In this document: positions 43,641 to 53,907 of the stretch, one piece after another | Layout of the letters: each line of letters starts with the position of its first letter | How positions within the stretch are numbered: the first letter of the stretch is position 1 | Origin: Eubacteriales bacterium | Lineage (GTDB): Bacteria > Bacillota > Clostridia > Oscillospirales > CAG-272 | Assembly: GCA_045539595.1 (NCBI GenBank) | Contig: JAZQFQ010000020.1 | Coordinates: 4,497 to 68,496, forward strand | Direction of reading: 5' to 3' | DNA length: 64,000 nucleotides | Notes under the pieces: generated by a model | The model's database searches: none | Seen by the model: the letters and a program-made list of their open reading frames with translations, nothing else | What the model was told of the DNA's origin: nothing | Program-made: the position numbers and the translations under genes

Positions 43641-44984
43641 TTATTTTTTCTGATAGGAATGTTTGGAAACGGACAAAACGATGCCCATTTCCGCCAACAG
43701 GATAATGAGCGACGTGCCTCCGTAGGAGAAAAACGGAAGGGCGATGCCCGTATTGGGCAACACATCGGTGACCACACCGATATTGAGGAATGCCTGGATG
43801 CCCACCTGGCTGATGATGCCGAAGACCAGCAGCGCGGAGAAGGTATCCGGTGCCCGCATGGCGATCACATACCCTCGCCAGATGAACAGAAGGAACAACA
43901 CGATCAGCACCACCGCGCCGACGAATCCCATCTCCTCACACCAGATGGTGAAGATAAAGTCGTTCTGCGCCTCGGATACGTAACTGTATTTCTGACGGCT
44001 GGCGCCGAGGCCCACGCCCAGTGCGCCGCCGGAGCCGATGGCATACAGCCCCTGGGTGGTCTGCCACGCCTCATCCAGTTTGTCGGCATTCTCGTCCGTG
44101 AAGCTGGTGATTCGCTTCCAAGCGTAGGGATTGGCCGCCAGAAACGCGGCGATGGCTCCGATGCCGCCCACGCCCACCACAGCCGACATCCATCCGGGAT
44201 GGACACCGCCGATGAACATCACGCACACGCCGATCATGCCCACGATGATGGTCCCCGACAGATGCTTTTCCAGCATCACGAGAATGCAGGCCAGGCCCAC
44301 CAGGGCACAGGGAAACAGCGTGCCGTACAGGATGTATTTTTTCCTGTCCAGCCGATCCAGCACCGCATCACGGAAGCGATCCAGATACCAGGCAAGCACC
44401 ATAACCAGCGCTACTTTCATCAATTCCGACGGCTGGAATGTGAAGGGCGTGCCTTTCAGGCCCAGCCACCGGCGGGCCTCGCCGTTGCTGATGCCGATCC
44501 CGGGGATCAGCACGATCACCAACAGAAACAAGGCCGCAGCGAACGCAATAATCGATACTTTTTTGTACAGGGACGGCGGCACAACACTGGCCAGAATCAT
44601 GGCACCCACGCCCACAGCAATGAACAAAAGCTGTTTTTTGATATAGTACAGGCTATCTCCCCGCTCGGCCAGAGCCGACGGATAACTGGCACTGAACACC
44701 ATAATGGAGCCGAGGGAAAGAAGGATCAGAATCAAGACCAGCATGGTACGGTCCACGCCGGTTTTGACGCGAACAATCTCCGCCTCCCCCGTCTTCGGTT
44801 TGGCGGGGTGAAGATTCTCCCGCTGCACCGTCAGATCGCTGACACGGCGCACAGCGCGGCCGCGGCGGGCGGTTGTTCCCTCCGATGCCTGGCGGGGTTC
44901 TTCGGAAACAGCGCTGCGCTTGCGCGAGGCGTTGGTATTGGCTTTGGATGCGCCCGTCGGGCGATTTCCGCTGGGGGTTGGCAT
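43641..44984 (-). CDS. ftsW: SEDS-family peptidoglycan polymerase FtsW/SpoVE with an ~80-aa basic N-terminal extension
   Basis: Ten-TM SEDS body (…LPFFSYGGTSL…). Gene position is between mraY and murG. Confidence 0.9.
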   Translation of the reverse strand: MPTPSGNRPTGASKANTNASRKRSAVSEEPRQASEGTTARRGRAVRRVSDLTVQRENLHPAKPKTGEAEIVRVKTGVDRTMLVLILILLSLGSIMVFSASYPSALAERGDSLYYIKKQLLFIAVGVGAMILASVVPPSLYKKVSIIAFAAALFLLVIVLIPGIGISNGEARRWLGLKGTPFTFQPSELMKVALVMVLAWYLDRFRDAVLDRLDRKKYILYGTLFPCALVGLACILVMLEKHLSGTIIVGMIGVCVMFIGGVHPGWMSAVVGVGGIGAIAAFLAANPYAWKRITSFTDENADKLDEAWQTTQGLYAIGSGGALGVGLGASRQKYSYVSEAQNDFIFTIWCEEMGFVGAVVLIVLFLLFIWRGYVIAMRAPDTFSALLVFGIISQVGIQAFLNIGVVTDVLPNTGIALPFFSYGGTSLIILLAEMGIVLSVSKHSYQKK

Positions 44985-45023
44985 ACGCCGTCTCCTCTCT
45001 GTTTTCCATCGGTACGATCGGTT

Positions 45024-46028
45024 TTACAGTCCGAACCAGGCAAGCGCGCAAAAGAGTGCACTCACAGCCGTAAATACCGATACAATCTTTACTTCGCTCC
45101 ATCCGCACTGCTCAAAATGATGATGGATGGGCGCCATACGGAACAGTCTTTTTCCGTGAGTCAATTTGAAATAGGTTACCTGCAGCATTACGGAGGCGGT
45201 CTCGCAGATGTACACGATGCCGCACACCACAACGATCAGGGGATTTCCCAGAAGGAATGCGCCGGCGACTACCATGCCGCCGAGGAACAGGGAGCCCGTG
45301 TCGCCCATGAACACCCGGGCCGGATAGAAATTATACACCAGGAATCCCAGCGTTCCGCCGATCAGCGTAGCGCCAAGAAGCGCCAGCGCGGTGGAAAACG
45401 GTGCCGCCTGGATGGCGAAAAACGCGGCCGCGGAGAAGAAAATGCCCACTACCAGCGTCACCGAGGACGCCAGTCCGTCGATTCCGTCGGTCAGGTTGAC
45501 GCTGTTGACCATACCGGTCAGCAGCAGAAGGGCAATGATATAATAGAAGATGCCCAATTTCAGCGTAACACCGATAAACGGGATATACAAAGTAGTGTTC
45601 ACGATGCCTGTTGCGGCAATCAGAATCAGGAACAAGGCGGCAGCCACCAGCTGCAAAAGATACTTCTGCCGGGCGGTCAGTCCCTCGTTCTGCTTTTTGC
45701 GCAGTTTGGCACTGTCATCCACCACGCCGATAAGGCCGTTGAGCACGCCGTACAGAAGCACATACACAAAAGGAAGCACCTCTTTGCTGTTTCCCCATAC
45801 AGCGGCGGCAATGCAGGCAAGGATACACACGATCACCGACGCGGCAATGAAGGCGATACCGCCCATGGTGGGGGTACCCTCTTTGCTCTTGTGCCAGCGG
45901 GGCCCGATCTCCAGAATCTTCTGCCCCATCTTTTTGCTTTTCAGCACGGGGATCAGTTTATGGGAGATCACCACCGTGATCACGAAGGTCAGAATCAGCG
46001 CGGAAATATACAAGATTACGTCAAACAT
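45024..46028 (-). CDS. mraY: Phospho-MurNAc-pentapeptide translocase MraY
   Basis: 334 aa. NLTDGIDGLA and FMGDTGSL motifs. Confidence 0.95.
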   Translation of the reverse strand: MFDVILYISALILTFVITVVISHKLIPVLKSKKMGQKILEIGPRWHKSKEGTPTMGGIAFIAASVIVCILACIAAAVWGNSKEVLPFVYVLLYGVLNGLIGVVDDSAKLRKKQNEGLTARQKYLLQLVAAALFLILIAATGIVNTTLYIPFIGVTLKLGIFYYIIALLLLTGMVNSVNLTDGIDGLASSVTLVVGIFFSAAAFFAIQAAPFSTALALLGATLIGGTLGFLVYNFYPARVFMGDTGSLFLGGMVVAGAFLLGNPLIVVVCGIVYICETASVMLQVTYFKLTHGKRLFRMAPIHHHFEQCGWSEVKIVSVFTAVSALFCALAWFGL

Positions 46029-46043
46029 ACAAAAACGCTTCCT

Positions 46044-47477
46044 TTACTTTTTCTGTTTGCGGCCGTAGTATTCCCGCAGACATTCGATTACATTTTCTGC
46101 CGCTACGCCGCGGCTGGCCTTCACCAGAAGCACATCCCCCGGCTGCAGAGCGGAGGATATCATCTCCGCCATGGCCGCCGGATTTTTGGTGTCCAGGCAG
46201 ACAAACACATTCTCCGCCCGGATCCCGTTCTTGATGGCCGCTTCGGCCACCACATCCGCCATCATGCCGTAGCAGAACAACTGGTTTACCTTCATCTGGG
46301 CGGCGTACTGCCCCACCTGATCGTGCATCAGACGGGAATACTCACCCAATTCCAGCATATCGCCCAACAGCGCGGCCGCGCGCTTTCCTTTGGAGGCGGC
46401 CACGGAAGCCAGCACATCCAGCGCCGCCCGCATGGATTCGGGGCTGGCGTTGTAGCAATCGTCGATCACTGTGACCTGGCCGATTTCGTAGATCTTCTGG
46501 CGGCGATCCGCACCGCGGAACTGAAGCAGCCCCTCACGAATCGTCTCCTCCTCCAGGCCCAGGAGATGGCCGACGGCGTACGCCGCCAGCGCGTTGTATA
46601 CATTGTGCCGCCCCAGGGTAGGGATGGACACATTGGTCAGCACTTTTTCATCATAAATCAGATCAAACAGCATGCCCTCGCCCGCCTGGCGGACGTTGAC
46701 CGCGCGGTAATCCCCCTCGCGGCTGTCCGCACTGAAGGTGCGCGTGGTATGAAAGGATGCGGGCGCGCCCTCCCGAAGAAGCGGCTCGTCGCCGTTGAAC
46801 AGAAGGATTCCCCCCTCCCGCATACCGGACACGATCTCCAGCTTGGCACGGCAGATGTTCTCCCGGGAGCCGAGAGATGCCATATGGGAGGTGCCGATAT
46901 TGGTGATGACGGCGATATCCGGCTTCGCCAATTCCGACAAACGGCGGATTTCCCCGGCGTTGCTCATGCCCATCTCCAGAACGGATACCCGATCCTCCGG
47001 CGACAAAGTAAACAGCGTCATGGACATGCCCAGATCGTTGTTGTGATTGCCCTCGGTTTTGTGGGTTTTGAATCCGGCGGCGGCCACGGCGGCGATGAAT
47101 TCTTTGGTGGTCGTCTTTCCCACACTGCCCGTGATGGCCACTACCCGCACGGCGGACTGATCCCGATAATGGCCCGCCAGCTCGCCTATGGCGCGGACCG
47201 TGTCCGGCACGATGACCACATCGCACGGGCAATCCGTGGGTTTCTGCTGGGCCAGGATGCAGGCGGCACCGGCCCGGCAGGCCGTGTCAATATACAAATG
47301 TCCGTCCGTACGCTCGCCAACGATGGCACAGAACAACGTACCCTCCGTCACTTCCCGGGAATCGGTGCAGATACCGGTACACACTCCGCTCCCCTTGGTC
47401 CCGCGACAGAGCGTACCGCCCGTAATTCCGGCGATCTCCTCAGAGGTATAGGATCGGATCTTCCACTCAGCTTTCAT
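46044..47477 (-). CDS. murF: UDP-MurNAc-tripeptide--D-Ala-D-Ala ligase MurF
   Basis: Start MKAEWKIRSY (cat at 47475-47477) inside track ORF 46044..47534. P-loop GITGSVGKTTTKE. Confidence 0.9.
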   Translation of the reverse strand: MKAEWKIRSYTSEEIAGITGGTLCRGTKGSGVCTGICTDSREVTEGTLFCAIVGERTDGHLYIDTACRAGAACILAQQKPTDCPCDVVIVPDTVRAIGELAGHYRDQSAVRVVAITGSVGKTTTKEFIAAVAAAGFKTHKTEGNHNNDLGMSMTLFTLSPEDRVSVLEMGMSNAGEIRRLSELAKPDIAVITNIGTSHMASLGSRENICRAKLEIVSGMREGGILLFNGDEPLLREGAPASFHTTRTFSADSREGDYRAVNVRQAGEGMLFDLIYDEKVLTNVSIPTLGRHNVYNALAAYAVGHLLGLEEETIREGLLQFRGADRRQKIYEIGQVTVIDDCYNASPESMRAALDVLASVAASKGKRAAALLGDMLELGEYSRLMHDQVGQYAAQMKVNQLFCYGMMADVVAEAAIKNGIRAENVFVCLDTKNPAAMAEMISSALQPGDVLLVKASRGVAAENVIECLREYYGRKQKK

Positions 47478-47533
47478 TCTGTATTTCCTGCGGCTGGAGC
47501 CGCTTATTCCCTTTCCTTGGTATGGGGGATACA

Positions 47534-49039
47534 CTACCCCCGTGTGATCTCCGCATAGGCACGGCGGGCTATGTCCGCTTCATCAAACGGATGCTTACCG
47601 CAGGCGTCGATCTCGTATTTTTCATGTCCTTTGCCCGCAAACAGAAGGATATCCCCCGTCCCCGCTTCGCGGATAGCATAGCGGATCGCTTCCCGCCGGT
47701 CGGGGAGGACGATGTGGGGCTTTTCCCGATCCATCCCCCGCCGGATCTGCGAGAGGATTTCCGCGGGATTCTCCGTGCGGCAATTGTCGGAGGTCAGGAT
47801 CACAAAATCCGCCAGAGCGGATGCAATCCGCCCCATAACGGGCCGTTTGGCGGGATCTCTGTCCCCGCCGCATCCAAACAGCAAGGTGATCTTCTGCCCC
47901 ACCCGCCGGGCTTGGCGGACAGTACGCAAAAGCGTTTCCAGCGCCGCCGGCGTATGGGCATAATCGAGAAACAATGTAAACGGTGCGCCGGGGAGGATCA
48001 CCCGCTCCATGCGCCCCTCCACCCCGGAGAAGCTGCGCAGGGCATCCTGAATCGTCAGCGGATCGATGCCGAGACGCAAAGCCGCTGTGATGGCCAGCAT
48101 AGTGTTGGCCACGGTGAACTGTCCCGGCACGGGGCACTTCACCCGAAACACCGTGTTTTTTGCATAATATACATAGGACACGCCGTCAATGCCCTGCATC
48201 TGCTGCCGCAGGGCGTAAACATCCCCCTCGGCATCCTCTCGGGCGCGGCATCGGATATACCGGCACGCCGGTGCCAGCTCCATCAGCGGCCCGGCGTACG
48301 GATCGTCAGCCAGGACGATACCCACGGGGCACATGGCGAACAGGCGGGCCTTCGCCGCCAGATAGCGATCCATGGTGCCGTGATAATCCATATGCTCCGG
48401 CGTCAGATTGGTAAAGATACCGATGTCGATGTGCATGGCATCCACCTTATGCAGATCCAAGGCGTGGGAGGTGGCTTCCAGAATCAGCACCTCCGTCCCC
48501 CGATCCCGCATCTGCGCCGCCGCGCCGTATAGAAATTCCGGATCGGGCGTGGTCATGGCGGCCGGCACATCGGCGATTTCGCCGCCGCCGCCCAGATCGA
48601 TCTCCTCGTCCCCGCACAGACAGCGCACCGTGCCGATCAGCCCGGTTTTGTACCCGGCGGCGGCCAGGATGGCACGCAGGATGTAGGACGTGGATGTTTT
48701 TCCGTTTGTTCCCGTGATGGCCACCACCCGCATATCCCGGGTGGGATCACCGTAGTAATTGTTCCAAATCTGCGCCGCCGCGGCGCGGGTATTCCCCACC
48801 ACCACATAGGGCAGATCCGCCGGCGCACAGGCTGTATCGTCAATGACGGCCACAGCCGCGCCCTTCTCTTTTGCCTGCGGTATGTACCGATGTCCGTCGG
48901 TGCGCACGCCGCGCAGGCAAAGAAACATACATCCCGCCCGCGCCCGACGGGAATCGGACACGATATGGGGAATCTCCATGCACTCGTCGGCGTGCGATTG
49001 AAGCACATCCACGCCGCGCAAAAGTTCATACAGCCGCAT
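47534..49039 (-). CDS. murE: MurE of the dcw cluster; specificity motif DNCR (Arg retained, mDAP-type-like)
   Basis: 501 aa. GITGTNGKTST, and DNCR at 47777-47788 in place of the canonical DNPR. Confidence 0.9.
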   Translation of the reverse strand: MRLYELLRGVDVLQSHADECMEIPHIVSDSRRARAGCMFLCLRGVRTDGHRYIPQAKEKGAAVAVIDDTACAPADLPYVVVGNTRAAAAQIWNNYYGDPTRDMRVVAITGTNGKTSTSYILRAILAAAGYKTGLIGTVRCLCGDEEIDLGGGGEIADVPAAMTTPDPEFLYGAAAQMRDRGTEVLILEATSHALDLHKVDAMHIDIGIFTNLTPEHMDYHGTMDRYLAAKARLFAMCPVGIVLADDPYAGPLMELAPACRYIRCRAREDAEGDVYALRQQMQGIDGVSYVYYAKNTVFRVKCPVPGQFTVANTMLAITAALRLGIDPLTIQDALRSFSGVEGRMERVILPGAPFTLFLDYAHTPAALETLLRTVRQARRVGQKITLLFGCGGDRDPAKRPVMGRIASALADFVILTSDNCRTENPAEILSQIRRGMDREKPHIVLPDRREAIRYAIREAGTGDILLFAGKGHEKYEIDACGKHPFDEADIARRAYAEITRG

Positions 49040-49088
49040 AGGATACCTCCGGAAGTGAAGTTGTATGACTTTTCACTTCCGGCCCGTA

Positions 49089-51449
49089 TCAGTCGTCCGT
49101 CAGTCCCAGATGGCGCACCTCAATGGTGACAACGGTGGCGGACGGAACCGTTTCGCCCGCGGCGGGCGTCTGGCTGATAACCGTTGCGGTATCGCCGTTG
49201 GTCGCGCCGGTGATCGAAACATTCAGGCCTGCATTCACAAGCAGTCGATTGGCCGCCTCCGCCGTCTTACCGACGAGATCGGGCACTTTGACTGTATTTT
49301 TCGGCACTTCCTCACCTGTATACAGGATCAGTTTGCCGGTATCCTTGAATATGGTGGATCCGGCGGCAGGAACCTGCGCCGTGATCTTGTCGCCATCGCC
49401 TACGATGGTGTACTGGATGCCGCGCCAGCCCAGATCGGCTTTGGACGCCTCCACGGTAGCACCCACGTAGTTGGATAGGCTGATCTCGATTTTCTTCAGT
49501 TCTTCCTCGGTATACTGGGCCTCGATTCCCATGTAAGGGAGAACGAAGGACAACAGTTTGGACACATAGGGAGCCGCCACCACGCTGCCGTACACCGAGC
49601 CTTTCATAGGTTCATCTACCATGATCAATGCGGCGATTTTGGCGTCATCGGCGGGGGCATAAGCCACACAGGAGCCGATACGGAAGGAACGCTCTCCGTT
49701 TGCGTCGTATTTATCCTGTTTCTGGGAGGTACCGGTCTTGGCCGCTACCTTGTATCCTTTCACGTAGGCGTTTTTCGCGCCGCCGTTGCCGGACACGCCG
49801 TCTTCCAGAATCCAGTCGATGGTGTCACAGGTTTCCGTGCTGACCACCTGACGGACTGCGTCCGTCTCGTAGGACTGGATCACGTTGCCTTCATCGTCCA
49901 CGATTTCCCGCAGGAGATGGGGCGTCATCAGATATCCGCCGTTGGCCACGGCGGATACCGCCGTGATCTGCTGGATGGGGGTAATCTTGAAGGTCTGACC
50001 GAAGGAATAGACCGCCAGGGAAACCCCGCCGAAATTGTTTTTGGAGCTGACGATGGGATAGCTTTCTCCGGGCAGATCAATGCCCGTGATGGAATTGTAT
50101 CCGAAGGACAGAAAATAGTTATAGAAGGTATCCTGCCCCAGCCGGTTGGCCAGCTGCATCATGGTGGGGTTACAGGATTGCTGCAGCATCTGATAGAACG
50201 GCAAGGTGCCGTGACCGCCTTTTTTGTGGCATTTGATCGGCTGTGTCCAGCCCTCGATCTTAAGCGCACCGGTGCAGGTAAAATTCTCCTCCAGACGGAT
50301 GACGTTTTCCTCCAGGCCCATGGCGGTGGTGACGATCTTGAACGTGGATCCCGGCTCATACAGCTCTGTGGTAGCCTTGTTTTTCCACATGGTGTAGAGC
50401 AGGTTGTAGTACATCTGGGTGTACTCGTCGGATTCCGGATCCAGTGTATCCAGTTTCTTCTGGGAATCCTCATCCAGCTTGTAGGGATTGTTCAAATCAA
50501 AGGCGGGATAGGTGGCCATAGCCAGAACACCGCCCGTATTTACATCGATCACGATACCGGACACGCGGTTGCCCGCCCCCGATTCGTAATAGGTGGTTTT
50601 CAGTTGGTTTTCCAACTCATACTGGATATACAAATCCAAGGTAGTGACGATGTTGTAGCCGTTTTCGGCCTCCACATAACTCTCGTAGTCGAAGGGCATA
50701 TCCCCGTTATGGGCGTCCTGAGCCTTGATATAGCGGCCGGATGTGCCCTCCAGGATGTTGTTGTACTGGGCCTCCAGACCGTAGATGCCCACGCCGTCGC
50801 TGTTGGTGAATCCCAGAACGTGGCAGGCCAGCGTATCGTAAGGATAGTATCGCTTGGCCGAGGCGCGCAGGTAGATCTGGCGGGTGAAGCCGTATTCGGA
50901 GATAAACTCCCGCACCCGCTCCGCGTCTGATTGCTCCACGTTTTTCTTGATCACCTCATACCGGCGGCCGTTCTTCGCCGCTTTCTCGATCACGGAATCG
51001 TAATCCACGCCGAGAATGTCCGACAGTGCCCGGGCGATCAGTTCGTTCATCTTCACATCGTTATGTACCGTTCCGTCGGCGGATGTCCATGTATAGGCGG
51101 TCCGGAAATCCGATTCGGATTCCTTCCCGTCCGCGGCGGCTTCCACGGCCGCGGCTTCCGCCTCCGCCATGGCGTCGATGATATCCTGGGGGGAGATGAA
51201 GATCAGATACACTGTGGTGTTGGTAGCCAGGATATTTCCGTTCCGATCGTAGATGATGCCCCGCTCCGGATTGACCTCCGTTTCGTGGGTCAGCTGATCG
51301 ATTACTTCTTTTTGGTAATAATCGTATTCCAGAATCTGCAGCCGGAACAGCGCAAAAATCAGCACTGCCGCCACCAGCAGAAACACGGCCATAACGATCA
51401 GCGACCGCATCACGGTGCGCCGGTCAATCCTTTTGGCAGATGACGCCAC
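49089..51449 (-). CDS. Class B penicillin-binding protein (FtsI/SpoVD/PBP2B-like) with two PASTA domains
   Basis: GTG start (51447-51449) after GGAGGAG. STFK, SCN and KTGT motifs. Two C-terminal PASTA repeats. Confidence 0.9.
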   Translation of the reverse strand: MASSAKRIDRRTVMRSLIVMAVFLLVAAVLIFALFRLQILEYDYYQKEVIDQLTHETEVNPERGIIYDRNGNILATNTTVYLIFISPQDIIDAMAEAEAAAVEAAADGKESESDFRTAYTWTSADGTVHNDVKMNELIARALSDILGVDYDSVIEKAAKNGRRYEVIKKNVEQSDAERVREFISEYGFTRQIYLRASAKRYYPYDTLACHVLGFTNSDGVGIYGLEAQYNNILEGTSGRYIKAQDAHNGDMPFDYESYVEAENGYNIVTTLDLYIQYELENQLKTTYYESGAGNRVSGIVIDVNTGGVLAMATYPAFDLNNPYKLDEDSQKKLDTLDPESDEYTQMYYNLLYTMWKNKATTELYEPGSTFKIVTTAMGLEENVIRLEENFTCTGALKIEGWTQPIKCHKKGGHGTLPFYQMLQQSCNPTMMQLANRLGQDTFYNYFLSFGYNSITGIDLPGESYPIVSSKNNFGGVSLAVYSFGQTFKITPIQQITAVSAVANGGYLMTPHLLREIVDDEGNVIQSYETDAVRQVVSTETCDTIDWILEDGVSGNGGAKNAYVKGYKVAAKTGTSQKQDKYDANGERSFRIGSCVAYAPADDAKIAALIMVDEPMKGSVYGSVVAAPYVSKLLSFVLPYMGIEAQYTEEELKKIEISLSNYVGATVEASKADLGWRGIQYTIVGDGDKITAQVPAAGSTIFKDTGKLILYTGEEVPKNTVKVPDLVGKTAEAANRLLVNAGLNVSITGATNGDTATVISQTPAAGETVPSATVVTIEVRHLGLTDD

Positions 51450-51628
51450 GATATCTCCTCCATTACCGAACAGTTTGCAAAGCCACTTACTGGTCGAAAA
51501 ACCGCAAGCACCCACTATGCTTGCGGATTCCCGTATGTATTGTACGCGCGCCTTGACGCAAATATGCAAAAAACGGGATATGTGTATCTTTTTGGAAAAA
51601 CGCGGGGGCGCAATGCTGCATCCTCGCG

Positions 51629-52465
51629 TCAGTCCACGTACTCTCTCAATTTATCCAGATTTTCCCCGATAGCCGACAGCATGGTGGAGAACAATCCATA
51701 ACCGCCCTCCTGCTTTTCGGATTCCTGGACGGTGTTATTCAAAACAATGCGGTCACCGCCGGACACGGACACAAATCGGCTTTCCACCAGATTGCCGCGG
51801 ACCATACCGATGCGGTTGATGGCGATATCCTCGATGACGCGGATGTCGTCCCGCTCCTCCAAAGCCAGAGACAGTTCTCTCTCACTCTGTGCCAGCGCCT
51901 GTGCCTGGGCTTCCAAGGCGGAGATCTCGCCGTTCAGTTCATAATTCTGTGCGAAACTGACCATGATGACCATGATCATTACAGTGAAGATGGCAAGCAG
52001 GGATACCGTTGCCAGCGGGAAGGGCTTGCTGGCCATGCGGATTTCCTTTGCCGCGGGAGCGCGTCTCACAGCGGATACGGGCATAGGACGGCGGGCGGTG
52101 GGGGCTGCCTGTCTGGTGCGGGCGGCCGGAGCGGCGGATTTTTTCACACGGTCCCCAGCAGGTCTTGCCTGGGCATTCCGGCGTACGGTCTCCGTGCGGG
52201 CGGGTGCCGGACGGCTCATCGACTGCGGTGCGCGATTCTGCATCGGCTGTGCAGGACGGGCCGGTGCCGGGCGGGCACTCTGATAGGTAACGGCGGGAGT
52301 ATTCTCATAGGGATTCAGCCCCTGCTGTACCCGTGCCATCAATTCCGATGTGGGTACGGAGCGGGCGGCAGCGGCGGTAAGACGCCCGCTGTACTGCCGT
52401 CTCAGTTTATCGCAGAGGGGATTCCCGGTAGTGGCGCGCGGATCAGCAGCATGATACGTGGTCAT
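51629..52465 (-). CDS. FtsL-position bitopic division protein with a ~149-aa basic Pro/Ala/Arg-rich N-terminal tail
   Basis: Start MTTYHAAD (cat at 52463-52465, GGGAGG RBS). Single TM followed by coiled coil ELNGEISALEAQAQALAQSERELS. Located between rsmH and pbp. Confidence 0.7.
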   Translation of the reverse strand: MTTYHAADPRATTGNPLCDKLRRQYSGRLTAAAARSVPTSELMARVQQGLNPYENTPAVTYQSARPAPARPAQPMQNRAPQSMSRPAPARTETVRRNAQARPAGDRVKKSAAPAARTRQAAPTARRPMPVSAVRRAPAAKEIRMASKPFPLATVSLLAIFTVMIMVIMVSFAQNYELNGEISALEAQAQALAQSERELSLALEERDDIRVIEDIAINRIGMVRGNLVESRFVSVSGGDRIVLNNTVQESEKQEGGYGLFSTMLSAIGENLDKLREYVD

Positions 52466-52500
52466 ATGAGAGCCTCCCAAATACTAATCAAATTCGTTCG

Positions 52501-53439
52501 TTACAATTTTTCCACCCCGCGCAGTTTCGCACTGCGGGAGCGGGGGTTATCGTTCATCTCCGCCTCAGAGGGGAGAATCGGTTTTTTGTTCAGAATTTTG
52601 ACGGTGGGTTTCTTGCCGCACACACACACGGGGAAGTTGGGCGGGCAAGTGCATCCCGATGCCAGATTGGCAAAGGTTTGCTTGGCGATGCGGTCCTCCA
52701 GGGAATGGAAGGTGATCACCGCGGCGCGGCCGCCGGGGGCCAGCCGCCGGATCGCCTCCTCCAGGGAGGGCGGGATGGAATCCAGTTCCCCGTTCACCTC
52801 GATGCGGATCGCCTGGAAGGTGCGGCGTGCGGGATGCTGATTCTCTTTAAACCGAGCCGCCGCGGGAATCGCCTGCTGGACGATCTGCGCCAACTCGGAG
52901 GTAGTTTCGATTTCTTTTTCTGCGCGGGCTTCACAAATAAAGTGAGCCACACGGGCGGCGAATTTTTCCTCGCCGTAGTCACGGATGATGCGGGTAAGTT
53001 CCGCCTCGGAGTATCCGTTGACCACATCTCGTGCACAGAAGGCGGCGGTCTGATCCATCCGCATATCCAAGGGAGCCTCGGCGGTATAGGAGAAGCCCCG
53101 TCCTTTTTCGTCCAACTGGTAGGAGGACACGCCCAGATCCCACATAACGCCGTGAATCTGTTCGATGCCCAGCATATCCAGCGCGGCACCGATGCCGGAG
53201 AAATTCGTTTTCACTAAAGTTACCCGATCGGAGAAGGGAGCGAGCCGCTTCTCGCAGGCCGCCAGGGCGGCATCATCCCGATCCAGGCAGATCAGCCGAC
53301 TGCCCTCGGGCAGCCGCCGTGCTATTTCAAAGGAGTGCCCGCCGCCGCCGGCCGTGCAATCCACATACACACCGCCGCGCTCCGGCTGCAGGATCTCCAT
53401 ACATTCGGGAGCCAGAATCGATACGTGAGAAAATTCCAT
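52501..53439 (-). CDS. rsmH: 16S rRNA m4C1402 methyltransferase RsmH (MraW)
   Basis: YVDCTAGGGGHS SAM motif. 312 aa. Follows mraZ. Confidence 0.95.
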   Translation of the reverse strand: MEFSHVSILAPECMEILQPERGGVYVDCTAGGGGHSFEIARRLPEGSRLICLDRDDAALAACEKRLAPFSDRVTLVKTNFSGIGAALDMLGIEQIHGVMWDLGVSSYQLDEKGRGFSYTAEAPLDMRMDQTAAFCARDVVNGYSEAELTRIIRDYGEEKFAARVAHFICEARAEKEIETTSELAQIVQQAIPAAARFKENQHPARRTFQAIRIEVNGELDSIPPSLEEAIRRLAPGGRAAVITFHSLEDRIAKQTFANLASGCTCPPNFPVCVCGKKPTVKILNKKPILPSEAEMNDNPRSRSAKLRGVEKL

Positions 53440-53458
53440 AGATGAAACTCCGTATCCG

Positions 53459-53878
53459 TCAGAAGCCGAGACGGATCATCTGCTCCGTCAGGGACTCTGC
53501 ATTTTCGCCGCTGTTCTTTTCGTTCCAGATTTCCTCTGCCCAGATCTCCGCATGGCGGCCGCAGCCAACCACCACAGCACTCTTTTCGATGCCGGCGTAG
53601 GCAAGCAGTTCGGCGGGAATCAGAACACGTCCCTGGGAGTCAGGCTGTACATCCGCGGCGTTGGAGTAGATGAAGCGGGCGATCTCACGGGCCTGGGTGG
53701 AGGGGAGCTGTTCCAGCTTGTCCGTGTACTTTTCCCACTCTTCCATGGAGAACACAGAAAGGCACTTGTCTATATTGCGGGTAATCACAAAAGTTTCGCC
53801 CAACTGATCCCGATGCTTGGCCGGGATGAACAGACGATTCTTCGCATCCAGATTATGCGTGAATTTCCCCATCAACAT
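53459..53878 (-). CDS. mraZ: Transcriptional regulator MraZ
   Basis: MLMGKFTHNLDAKNRLFIPAKHR, with a second DxxxR-type repeat DSQGRVLIPAEL. Confidence 0.95.
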   Translation of the reverse strand: MLMGKFTHNLDAKNRLFIPAKHRDQLGETFVITRNIDKCLSVFSMEEWEKYTDKLEQLPSTQAREIARFIYSNAADVQPDSQGRVLIPAELLAYAGIEKSAVVVGCGRHAEIWAEEIWNEKNSGENAESLTEQMIRLGF

Positions 53879-53907
53879 AGATTTCAGCTCCTTTCCTGTG
53901 GAATTTT

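Noticed and set aside
43659-47558. 1299-aa ORF on the plus strand spanning three genes
   Set aside because: It runs antisense across ftsW, mraY and murF and their intergenic spacers. Its product is low-complexity (His/Arg/Gly/Ala/Gln-rich) with no recognisable motif. The minus-strand genes have unmistakable family signatures and RBSs. It is a classic stop-poor shadow frame in a high-GC, strongly codon-biased genome.
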